A stretch of DNA of 28,662 bases from an uncultured Candidatus Saccharibacteria bacterium. Its GTDB lineage: Bacteria; Patescibacteriota; Minisyncoccia; JAHIHE01; JAGLIN01. The notes under the pieces were generated by a model, which ran no database searches, had not been told where the DNA came from, and was given only the letters and a program-made list of their open reading frames with translations. A program made the translations under genes and the position numbers. Each line of letters begins with the position of its first letter. Position 1 is the first letter of the stretch. Location: positions 1 through 28,662 of the forward strand of contig CAZBCK010000005.1 in assembly GCA_964490635.1 (NCBI GenBank), read 5' to 3'. Positions 10,067 through 17,465 of the stretch are shown piece after piece.

Positions 10067-10132
10067 AAAGACTATTTATATTGATTAATGGATCTTTCAG
10101 AATCCTTTATCTTAAAACAAATTTTTATTTTA

Positions 10133-10165
10133 AGAGGAAGCCTATTCATATAATAGGCTTCCTCT
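10133..10165. terminator. 14-bp perfect hairpin (terminator or mRNA-stabilising stem)
   Basis: AGAGGAAGCCTATT-CATAT-AATAGGCTTCCTCT, 15 nt after the stop at 10181. There is no U-tract on the minus strand. Confidence 0.6.
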
Positions 10166-10180
10166 ATTTAATTGACAAGA

Positions 10181-10636
10181 TCAGTTGTTGTGTGAGTAAT
10201 AACCTGCATTGCCTTTTTGACCGTTGCTATCTCTCAATCCTGATTTGTTTCCGTGCCCAAATTCTTTTTCCTGGCCATTTTCTCTTTGTCTTTGATCTCT
10301 GCCACTGCTATTTTTCAAGCCAAGACCAAGTTCAGCTCTAATAGCTTTTGCTTTCTCAAGATCGCCTTCTTCTGCTAGTTTATGAGCTTCGGCAAAGCGA
10401 GCGAAATTGTCAGCATTAACAACTTGAGCGATACGTCCTTTGCCGTTCATAAGTTCTTTCCAGGCTTTATAATTATTACCTTGGAAAGCTTCCTTTATGG
10501 CCGTATGTTTTTCTGGCGAACAATTTGGTCCTTCAGCAGAAGAATCTCCGCGATAGGCAAGCGATGGCGATGCAACTGCGACTGCCGCGATCACAAGAGC
10601 GAATGTTCCGCCCAAAAGTTTTGTTGAGTTTTTCAT
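10181..10636 (-). CDS. secreted helical hypothetical protein with a G/R/K-rich tail
   Basis: 151 aa. Signal peptide ending PSLA, helical core (AFQGNNYKAWKELM...NFARFAEAHKL...IRAELGLG). Confidence 0.8.
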   Translation of the reverse strand: MKNSTKLLGGTFALVIAAVAVASPSLAYRGDSSAEGPNCSPEKHTAIKEAFQGNNYKAWKELMNGKGRIAQVVNADNFARFAEAHKLAEEGDLEKAKAIRAELGLGLKNSSGRDQRQRENGQEKEFGHGNKSGLRDSNGQKGNAGYYSHNN

Positions 10637-10691
10637 AGTTTTTTTAAGTTAAAAATAAATAAAAAGTGGATCGTCGACTTCCACTTAGTAA

Positions 10692-10717
10692 TACTTCAAA
10701 CAAAAAAGTTTCTTTCA
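10692..10717 (-). promoter_or_regulatory. candidate ECF-sigma promoter
   Basis: Minus strand TGAAAG-N16-AGTA, compared with the B. subtilis SigW consensus TGAAAC-N16-CGTA. It lies between the anti-sigma stop and the next gene. Confidence 0.35.
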
Positions 10718-10730
10718 AAAAATTCTAATT

Positions 10731-11450
10731 TTACTTCTGATATCTCATATCCTGCCTTTTTCCTTGTTTTTCCCACGGACCAATTTGTGTCGCGATAAAA
10801 ATATTATCTCCGGATATTTTACCGATCATTTTTATTTCTTCATTTTTTTCTAACAATAATTTTCCTCTGACAACAGCGTTTTCAAAATCAACTTCCCATT
10901 TTTTATTATCCCAATCTTCAATTATTATTATATCTTCTCCTTTCTCAATAACTTTTCCGGCCAAAAATCCATCTTCCGGTCTGGACCAGCGGGAGATCTT
11001 TTTTTCTTCAAAGCTTTTATAGACAGGAACATTTTCAGAAAAGATTCGTTCCATTTTTTCCGCTCCGTTGATGAAAAAGAGAGTGGTTCCTAAAATAATA
11101 CTTAGAATAATGCTACTACCAAAGATCAAAAAAGACGAATAGCGATAACCAGTTTTTGTATGGCGAATTACGAAGATGGAAACAAGGAAAAATACAATGC
11201 AAGAGAAAATCCAAAAAAATGGCAGAAGTCCGAGAAACAATTCAATTCCGGAGTTAGGAACATTTGAAAGAAGATCAAAGTCAGTTTGGTTAAAGGCAAA
11301 AAGAATAACTGAAAATGACAACGCGCCAATAATTATAGAGAAAATAAAGATCGCCCAAAAGAAAATGTTTTTGAGAACAAATTGCCAATGAGATTTTTGC
11401 GGAATTTTTTCCGCTTGAATTTTTTCTAATAATTTTTGAGAATTTTTCAT
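10731..11450 (-). CDS. probable membrane anti-sigma factor
   Basis: Directly downstream of the ECF sigma. Short soluble N-terminus (start taken at ATG 11450, MKNSQKLL), three TM helices, C-terminal OB-like domain (GFLAGKVIE...WEVDF). Confidence 0.6.
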   Translation of the reverse strand: MKNSQKLLEKIQAEKIPQKSHWQFVLKNIFFWAIFIFSIIIGALSFSVILFAFNQTDFDLLSNVPNSGIELFLGLLPFFWIFSCIVFFLVSIFVIRHTKTGYRYSSFLIFGSSIILSIILGTTLFFINGAEKMERIFSENVPVYKSFEEKKISRWSRPEDGFLAGKVIEKGEDIIIIEDWDNKKWEVDFENAVVRGKLLLEKNEEIKMIGKISGDNIFIATQIGPWEKQGKRQDMRYQK

Positions 11451-11465
11451 GGTGGTTTTATTACG

Positions 11466-11540
11466 GTGATATACCACGGTGACGGGCACCTTTCACATTT
11501 TATTTCTTAATATATCTAAGGTGCCCGTCACCTATATCAC
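11466..11540. repeat. GC-rich inverted repeat between the sigma and anti-sigma genes
   Basis: Perfect 15-bp arms GGTGACGGGCACCTT (11478-11492) and AAGGTGCCCGTCACC (11518-11532), extended by GTGATATA/TATATCAC past a 4-nt bulge. Confidence 0.85.
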
Positions 11541-12125
11541 AAAAGAAATATTTTCCCGCTTCGCTATTTGATAAAATGACTTTTTAGCGCGATTGATAAG
11601 TGTAGCAACTGTCCCGCTCGGCTTTTTCAAAATGTCCGAAATTTCTTTGTAGTCCTTTTCTTCCAGGAATTTCAAAATTAGAACTTCACGATATTTTTCC
11701 GGCATCAGTTGTAAAATTTTCCTAATATTCTTTTCGTTGAATTTTTGATCTGCTTCTTTTTCAATGTCCAGTGAAGAAGGGAGATTTTGAAAAAGTTCTT
11801 CATCAATCTCTTGCTTCTGATTTTTTCCCTTAGACTGTGTTTTTTTCCATTCCGTGATCGTTGTATTGCGAACAATGCGATATATCCAACTGGAAAATTT
11901 CAAGTCCCCGTCAAATTCATTAAGATTTTTCCACGCTTTTATAAATGCTTCTTGCAACACATCTTCCGCTTCTTCAAGAGAAAGCGAGGAAATGCGTAGA
12001 ATATATCGGATAAGTTTTTGCTCATATCTCTCATAGATATAAGCAAAATAATCAACATTCCGCAAAGACTTTTTTACAAGATCTTCGTCGCTTATATTCT
12101 CACAATTTTCAATTGATGTTTTCAT
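11532..12125 (-). CDS. ECF RNA polymerase sigma-70 factor (RpoE/SigW-like)
   Basis: 197 aa. Region 2 (AEDVLQEAFIKAWKNL...FSSWIYRIVRN) and region 4 (MPEKYREVLILKFLEEKDYKEISDILKKPSGTVATLINRAK). Confidence 0.95.
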   Translation of the reverse strand: MKTSIENCENISDEDLVKKSLRNVDYFAYIYERYEQKLIRYILRISSLSLEEAEDVLQEAFIKAWKNLNEFDGDLKFSSWIYRIVRNTTITEWKKTQSKGKNQKQEIDEELFQNLPSSLDIEKEADQKFNEKNIRKILQLMPEKYREVLILKFLEEKDYKEISDILKKPSGTVATLINRAKKSFYQIAKRENISFVI

Positions 12126-12181
12126 TCTCTGTCTATTATTTAAGCAATCTAAATTTAGATATTGCTATTCATACTTTGCCC

Positions 12182-12210
12182 TTGCGTAAATTAATTATTT
12201 GTGATAGTAT
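12182..12210 (+). promoter_or_regulatory. sigma70 promoter of the cold-shock gene
   Basis: TTGCGT (12182-12187), 17 nt spacer, TGn-TAGTAT (12205-12210). This predicts a ~115 nt 5' UTR, as in cspA-type genes. Confidence 0.6.
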
Positions 12211-12331
12211 TAAATTGTTAGTTTAATTACTAACCGCTCTTGAAGAAGAGTGACGAATATTAAAAGTGTAGAGATAAAGTCGGATTTCTACTTCTTAGTA
12301 TTTATTTAATCAATCCTATCTTTACATCCAT

Positions 12332-12529
12332 ATGCAAGGAACTATTAAAAGACTGACTGATAAAAACTTCGGTTTTATCGCTCAGGATGGTGGCGGTGAC
12401 GATCTGTTTTTTCACGCCAACAATTTGGACGGCGTTGAATTTGATCAGCTGAAGGAAGGCGATACGGTTACATTTGAAACCGAAAGCACTCCAAAAGGCA
12501 ACGCTGCGATCAATGTTAAAAAAGCTTAA
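12332..12529 (+). CDS. csp: cold-shock domain protein (CspA family)
   Basis: 65 aa. RNP1-like KNFGFI, RNP2-like LFFH, LKEGDTVTFE, KGNAAINV. Confidence 0.95.
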   Translation: MQGTIKRLTDKNFGFIAQDGGGDDLFFHANNLDGVEFDQLKEGDTVTFETESTPKGNAAINVKKA

Positions 12530-12541
12530 TACTTTTTTATA

Positions 12542-12573
12542 AAAAACAGTCTTGAGCAATTGAGGCTGTTTTT
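12542..12573. terminator. bidirectional terminator between the convergent csp and trmO genes
   Basis: AAAAACAGTCTTG...TGAGGCTGTTTTT stem with G-U pairs, with A and T runs on the flanks. Confidence 0.7.
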
Positions 12574-12605
12574 AGTTGCGCGTATAAAAATGGTCTGGAA
12601 ATTTT

Positions 12606-13088
12606 CTAACAAAATCGGTTATCAGAGTTGTGCTTATCTTTGTTGCCAAGCTTATTTTTAACCCAGCCCATTTTGGTATTGTCTCTTGCGTCAAATTTTG
12701 AAACATAGGGTTTGATATCTAAGAGAGGAGTTCCGTCAATTATATCCACTTCGCTTATATAAAGTTTATTGTCTTCATTCTTCTCCAATTTTACAATAGA
12801 AATGCCTATCGGGTTTGGTCTTTTCGGAGCTCTTGTCGCAAAAACTCCGTGCTCTTTGTTTTCAAGAAACGGTTTTGTCAGAAGTGAATATCCTTTTGAC
12901 AAGTGAAAGCAGTAGATCAAGAAAATATGAGAGAAACCATCAATGTCTTTCAGCCCTTCTTCAAACTCCGGAAAGACCTCTATCCATCCCTTTGATCTTT
13001 TTGATAATATACCCTGAATAGGAACTCCCTCTTTTTGTTTATATCCGGAGTGTATTATGCCAATTGGTTTATAGGTGTAGTTTTTCAT
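12606..13088 (-). CDS. trmO: tRNA m6t6A37 methyltransferase TrmO (TsaA/YaeB family), single-domain form
   Basis: 160 aa. YKPIGIIHS, GLKDIDGFSHIFLIYCFH, GVFATRAPKRPNPIGISIV, DIIDGTPLLDIKPY. Confidence 0.92.
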   Translation of the reverse strand: MKNYTYKPIGIIHSGYKQKEGVPIQGILSKRSKGWIEVFPEFEEGLKDIDGFSHIFLIYCFHLSKGYSLLTKPFLENKEHGVFATRAPKRPNPIGISIVKLEKNEDNKLYISEVDIIDGTPLLDIKPYVSKFDARDNTKMGWVKNKLGNKDKHNSDNRFC

Positions 13089-13210
13089 AGGATATGGTGA
13101 TATAAGTGCAAGAACAGATGTACAATCCGCTTTTTTATTCTAAGTTTTAATAATTTTAAGCAATTTTTTTGCGGGAACTGGTTTGCCAGCTTATCCGGCA
13201 GGCAGGTAAC

Positions 13211-13560
13211 AGCTCATACACAATTTAGTTCATTTAAAAAAATAAGTTATAATGATAATTGTTAATTCGCTAGCATTTATCATTATGGGAAATGTAGAAA
13301 AATCTATTCTTGAGATAATTCTTCCCGAGGGAATGTTTGAATGGTTTGATATTGTGAAAGGGTCTAAAATGAAGATATTAAGAAAGCCAGAAAGGAGAAA
13401 AAGATATTATTTAAAACCCATTAAAAATTTTGATAAAAAATTTATTTCACCCAATTTGTTATTATACGAATTCAATTTATCTCTTCATATAAATTATGCT
13501 ATAATACCAATATCCTTAACTTGTTATTGCGTTTATTCTAAGCTTTATTATAAGCCATAA
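13211..13560 (+). mobile_element. degenerate remnant of an ISL3-family (ISAon1-like) transposase N-terminus
   Basis: From ATG 13285, MGNVEKSILEIILPEGMFEWFDIVK resembles the LP.G...YF.I start of ISAon1-type proteins, after which the frame loses resemblance. AGCTCATACACAATT at 13211 may be a decayed GGCTC-type end. Confidence 0.45.
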
Positions 13561-13577
13561 ATACAGTTTACGCAATC

Positions 13578-13601
13578 AATTAATTAATTAATTAATTAAT
13601 T
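13578..13601. repeat. (AATT)6 microsatellite, self-complementary
   Basis: 24 nt of perfect AATT repeats read directly. Confidence 0.9.
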
Positions 13602-13603
13602 TA

Positions 13604-13728
13604 TCATTTCGAAACGGAACAAAGCGAAGCGTAGTGGAGTGAGAAATCTCTGAGTGTTATTATACAAACAAAACGATTATATTTATAGAATTCTTAGATC
13701 TCTCAGCCGTACCTCCTTTTATATGACA
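13604..13728. repeat. REP-like inverted doublet (TCATTTCGA...GAGAAATCT type)
   Basis: Left arm TCATTTCGAAACGGAACAAAGCGAAGCGTAGTGGAGTGAGAAATCTC. Right arm AGATCTCTCAGCCGTACCTCCTTTTATATGACA. The inner 10-mers pair 9/10; the outer ends are TCAT and ATGA. Confidence 0.6.
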
Positions 13729-13805
13729 CAAGGTAGCGAATCCGGAATAGTACCGTTTAAAATACAAAAAGCAAAAAATAAGATTGCCATAATATAGAAA
13801 ACCTT

Positions 13806-15311
13806 ATGTTTAACCTTAAAAAACAATTTCTAAACATCACTTACGCTGTTACTCTGCTGTTTTTTATTTGCGTGATCTTTCTGCCGGCAATTTATGTTTT
13901 GACTTACGCTGTTGGAGGAGATTTTACTGTTTCAGAAGAGCTTTTAAACGCTTTGGCAATTTCGTTCTTTGTTGCTTTTGTGGTGATGATCATTGACCTT
14001 CTTGTTGGAATTCCGACGGCTTGGATGCTGGTGAAGTCAAAAAGCAAATATAAGATTTTGCTGGATAACATCGTTGATCTGCCCTTGATCGTGCCAACGG
14101 CCGCTTTGGGACTTTCAGTCTATCTGTTTTGGGGAGAATTTTGGCAGATTGGCAGAGGTGTCGCGCTGATAATCCTCCTTCACATTATTTTCACAATTCC
14201 GTATGTGATTCGTTCAGTCGCCGCGGCAATAGAGCAAATTGACGAAACATACGACGAGGCGGCGGCGGTTCTCGGCGCGTATCCCGTTACGGTTTTTCGG
14301 ACGATTGACCTGCCATTGTTCAAAGACGGAGTTATTACCGGATCTGTTTTGGCTTTCACAAGAAGTTTATCAGAAACAGGAGCGACAATGATGGTTGCGG
14401 GCGTGGCTTCAATGACGGCGCCTGTTTTTATCGTTGAGTTGAAACATAGCGGGAATATTCCGCAGGCGGCCGTAGCGAGTATAATCCTGATTATTCTGTC
14501 ACTTATTATTCTGATCATTGCGAAAATTCTGACGAGGAAAAGGCATTTTAAATTCAAAGTGATCTATTTTGATCTGGAAAAACGACTGAGCGGACTATCG
14601 CAGATCAGAAATTATTTTCTGGGAGCGTTTCTTTCCATTGTAATAATTATTCCGACTTTCTATATCATTTTTTATAATTTTCTGAACTTCAATCCGGTTT
14701 TTAACTCTGTAATTCTGCAAAGTTTTCTGGTTTCTTTCGGAGTTGCTCTTTTTGTCACTGTCGTTGGATTGATCTTTGCAATCCCGATGGCGTATTTTAT
14801 AGCGCGGAGTAAAAATGAAAAGCTCAGCGCGCTGTTTAAAAATTTGCACGATGTCGTTTTGCTTGTGCCGACAAGCGCTCTTGGAGTTTCTCTTGCGTTA
14901 TTCTGGGGCAGATTGAACTTTAGCGAGATCTTTATTCTGGCGCTAAGCCATTTGAGTTTTACTTTTCCATTGCTGGTCAAACCAATTACGGCGGCTATAA
15001 AAAATGTTGATCGCGAAATTGAAGAAGCAGCAACGGGACTTGGCGCAAAACGAAAAAAAGTTCTAACTTCTATTCTCCTCCCTTTAGTTATGCCCGCAAT
15101 TGTCGCCGGGAGCATTATGGCTTTTACGAGAAGCTTATCTGAAACAGGAGCAACTCTGGCGGTTAGCAAAGATGTCAAAACTATCTCAGTTCTGATCGTG
15201 GACATGGTAAAGAACGACCAAATATCCGAAGCGGGATTTTTATGCGCTGTTTTGTTCGCGATCGGATTTGTGTTTTTGATAGCATTGAAGAAGACAAAGA
15301 AAGAAGTTTGA
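13806..15311 (+). CDS. ABC importer permease with two fused BPD_transp_1 domains (CysT/W, ModB, FbpB, ThiP-like)
   Basis: 501 aa. Two EAA loops (YDEAAAVLGA, IEEAATGLGA) and the duplicated motif AFTRSLSETGAT. Confidence 0.9.
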   Translation: MFNLKKQFLNITYAVTLLFFICVIFLPAIYVLTYAVGGDFTVSEELLNALAISFFVAFVVMIIDLLVGIPTAWMLVKSKSKYKILLDNIVDLPLIVPTAALGLSVYLFWGEFWQIGRGVALIILLHIIFTIPYVIRSVAAAIEQIDETYDEAAAVLGAYPVTVFRTIDLPLFKDGVITGSVLAFTRSLSETGATMMVAGVASMTAPVFIVELKHSGNIPQAAVASIILIILSLIILIIAKILTRKRHFKFKVIYFDLEKRLSGLSQIRNYFLGAFLSIVIIIPTFYIIFYNFLNFNPVFNSVILQSFLVSFGVALFVTVVGLIFAIPMAYFIARSKNEKLSALFKNLHDVVLLVPTSALGVSLALFWGRLNFSEIFILALSHLSFTFPLLVKPITAAIKNVDREIEEAATGLGAKRKKVLTSILLPLVMPAIVAGSIMAFTRSLSETGATLAVSKDVKTISVLIVDMVKNDQISEAGFLCAVLFAIGFVFLIALKKTKKEV

Positions 15312-15358
15312 AGGTTTTTTGATGTATAGAATTTGCGCGTCTGCTTAATATCTACTTT

Positions 15359-15566
15359 GACTCCCCCTAAAAGAGGGAGAACCTGAGTTCCCCGGTCACT
15401 CCCCTTTTAGGGAAGGATAGAGTCTGCCCTGAGCGAAGCCGAATGGGTGGGGTACTGAAAAAATGATAGAATCCTCATCTAAAACTAAAATCTGAAGCAT
15501 TCTCTAAGCTTCTTTTACAATTATGACTCTGTGTGCCCCCTCTAACTCCCCCTAAAAAGGGGAGGA
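15359..15566. repeat. mosaic of REP-like palindromes inside the ABC importer locus
   Basis: Three ACTCCCC(C)T...GGGAG hairpin units at 15360, 15398 and 15545. The second is interrupted by TCTGCCCTGAGCGAAGCCGAAT. Confidence 0.75.
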
Positions 15567-15634
15567 CTCATTCTCCTCTGGGAACATATGCACTTTAGAC
15601 TTTATAAACTTTATAAACTTTTAACTCAGAATCT

Positions 15635-16726
15635 ATGCCAAATATAAGATTGAAAAATATAACAAAAAAATTTACTTCAATAAGCGATAAAGGAAAGAAT
15701 GAGATAATCACGGCTGTTAATAATATTAGCGCTGAGATTAAAACGCACAGCTATAACACGATCCTTGGTCCGTCCGGATGCGGAAAGACAACTTTGTTGC
15801 GGATGATCGCCGGTCTAGAAACGCCAACCAACGGTAAAATATTTTTTGACAATAGTGATGTCACAAACCTTCCGCCAGAGGAAAAAAATATTGGCTTTGT
15901 TTTTCAGCACTATTCTCTTTTTCCTCATATGGATGTTTGGCATAATGTCGGCTATGGTCCTTTGATCAGGGATTTTCCAAAAGAAAAATCAGACAAATTT
16001 ATCTATAAAGTTCTTAAAATGGTGAAACTGGACGATCGTTTTGACGCGTACCCAAAAGAGCTTTCCGGTGGAATGAAGCAGCGAGTCGCAGTGGCAAGGG
16101 CATTGGCGGTTAGATCAAAACTCCTGCTTTTGGACGAGCCTCTTGGCGCGCTTGATGTGCGAATCGGAACCGCTTTGCGATATGAATTGATGAAACTTGT
16201 CAAGGAATATAAGCTGACTGCTATTCACGTGACGCATAATCAGGAAGAAGCGATGACAATCTCTGATAATATAATTATAATGAAAAGGGGGAAGATCATT
16301 CAGACTGGGTCGCCAAAGGAAATTTATAAAAAGCCCAATTCAATCTTCTCCGCTTACTTTTTGGGTCGGTGCAATTTTCTGAGATGTGATGTCGTAGATA
16401 AAAATCACGCCAAATTCCAAAATACTATCATTGAAATCCCGAAAAATGTAAAAAAGAAAAAGGTTGTTCTTGGTGTTCGTTCTGAAAAAGTTCATATTAA
16501 CAGGGAACTTAAAAAAGAAAATATTCAAGGTGTTATTGAGTTCGTTAATTTTCTTGGAGATCGCTGGCAATATATTATCGGATTATCCGATGGAACAAAG
16601 ATCAGCGCTTTAAAAAGAACCACAGTAAAGTCCGGAGTCGGGGATAAAGTATCAATAAGTTTTTATTCCGATAATATTTTGATCTTTGACGAGCCGAAGA
16701 ATTTTAAAGAAGAAAGATCGGTATAG
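15635..16726 (+). CDS. ABC importer ATP-binding subunit (PotA/CysA/FbpC-like) with C-terminal TOBE-like domain
   Basis: 363 aa. GPSGCGKT, IGFVFQHYSLFPHM, LSGGMKQR, LLLLDEPLGALD, IHVTHNQEEA. Confidence 0.95.
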   Translation: MPNIRLKNITKKFTSISDKGKNEIITAVNNISAEIKTHSYNTILGPSGCGKTTLLRMIAGLETPTNGKIFFDNSDVTNLPPEEKNIGFVFQHYSLFPHMDVWHNVGYGPLIRDFPKEKSDKFIYKVLKMVKLDDRFDAYPKELSGGMKQRVAVARALAVRSKLLLLDEPLGALDVRIGTALRYELMKLVKEYKLTAIHVTHNQEEAMTISDNIIIMKRGKIIQTGSPKEIYKKPNSIFSAYFLGRCNFLRCDVVDKNHAKFQNTIIEIPKNVKKKKVVLGVRSEKVHINRELKKENIQGVIEFVNFLGDRWQYIIGLSDGTKISALKRTTVKSGVGDKVSISFYSDNILIFDEPKNFKEERSV

Positions 16727-16948
16727 CTAGTAACAAGTATTAAAAAGGCATACATAATTTATACTAATTCTCATATCCCTCACTGGCATATATTTATATT
16801 AAAGTTAAAGATTATTTATATCTTAGTTATACCATATTTTGCCTAAAGATAAAGAAAAATTAGTGAATTTAGGAAAGGAGTTTTTAGACAGTCTGGGAGG
16901 CAGGAATGACAAAAAGAAGAAAATCCCAAATTATACAAATCCCGCAAT

Positions 16949-16974
16949 AAAAAAAGAGAGGAGTTTTTCCTCTC
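16949..16974 (-). terminator. intrinsic terminator of the small ORF
   Basis: GAGAGGA/TCCTCTC 7-bp stem (16956-16974) overlapping the TGA, followed by 7 U on the minus strand. Confidence 0.7.
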
Positions 16975-17167
16975 AGATGAAACCAATACCTGTCTGCGTA
17001 AAACCACTAGGAGCATGTTTTCTGACAATTTTCCATGCTTCAGAATTGTTCCGAGAGATAATTGTGTTCCTTTCCGGTATGGAACTTAACAAATATCCTG
17101 CTCTTTCTAGGGCAGCTCTAAGTGATGCGAATTCATCTTTATTCTTGCATCTTCCTGTAATATCCAT
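16973..17167 (-). CDS. small hypothetical protein (64 aa)
   Basis: Strong Shine-Dalgarno AGGAGGTG just upstream of the ATG, own terminator at the stop, TTGACA promoter ~300 nt upstream. No family recognised. Confidence 0.65.
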   Translation of the reverse strand: MDITGRCKNKDEFASLRAALERAGYLLSSIPERNTIISRNNSEAWKIVRKHAPSGFTQTGIGFI

Positions 17168-17273
17168 TTATCTCACCTCCTGTTTGTTTTATTATCGTTA
17201 GTCGTTGCTAACCGTTTGAATTATTTATTTTATAGGCAATAATCCAAACGGATGGCAATAAATCAAACAATAA

Positions 17274-17389
17274 AAAAACCTACTTTGGTAAAGTGGGTTA
17301 TTTTTAGACTATGGTTTTTATCCTCGTGTTTTCTTATTCCGTTTTATTTATACTCTAAAAATAACCTGCCTCACTGGTAGTAGGTTTTT
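17274..17389. repeat. imperfect inverted repeat whose two arms are each terminator-like hairpins
   Basis: Reverse complement of 17274-17307 is CTAAAAATAACC-N11-AGTAGGTTTTT. Sequence 17355-17389 is CTAAAAATAACC-N12-AGTAGGTTTTT. Confidence 0.8.
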
Positions 17390-17465
17390 GTAAGTCGCAA
17401 ATTGAAAGTCTGCGTTAAATTGGCAATAAAATTGTTTATTCATATATATCTTTATTTCAGTATAA

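Noticed and set aside
11451-11489. Track start of the anti-sigma ORF at 11489
   Set aside because: It lies inside the inverted repeat. ATG 11450 gives a normal N-terminus.
12302-12559. 85-aa minus-strand ORF
   Set aside because: Antisense shadow of the clear cold-shock gene.
16839-17201. 120-aa plus-strand ORF as a confident gene
   Set aside because: TTG start with no RBS, and two thirds is antisense to the better-supported 64-aa ORF. It is kept only as a possible antisense transcript.
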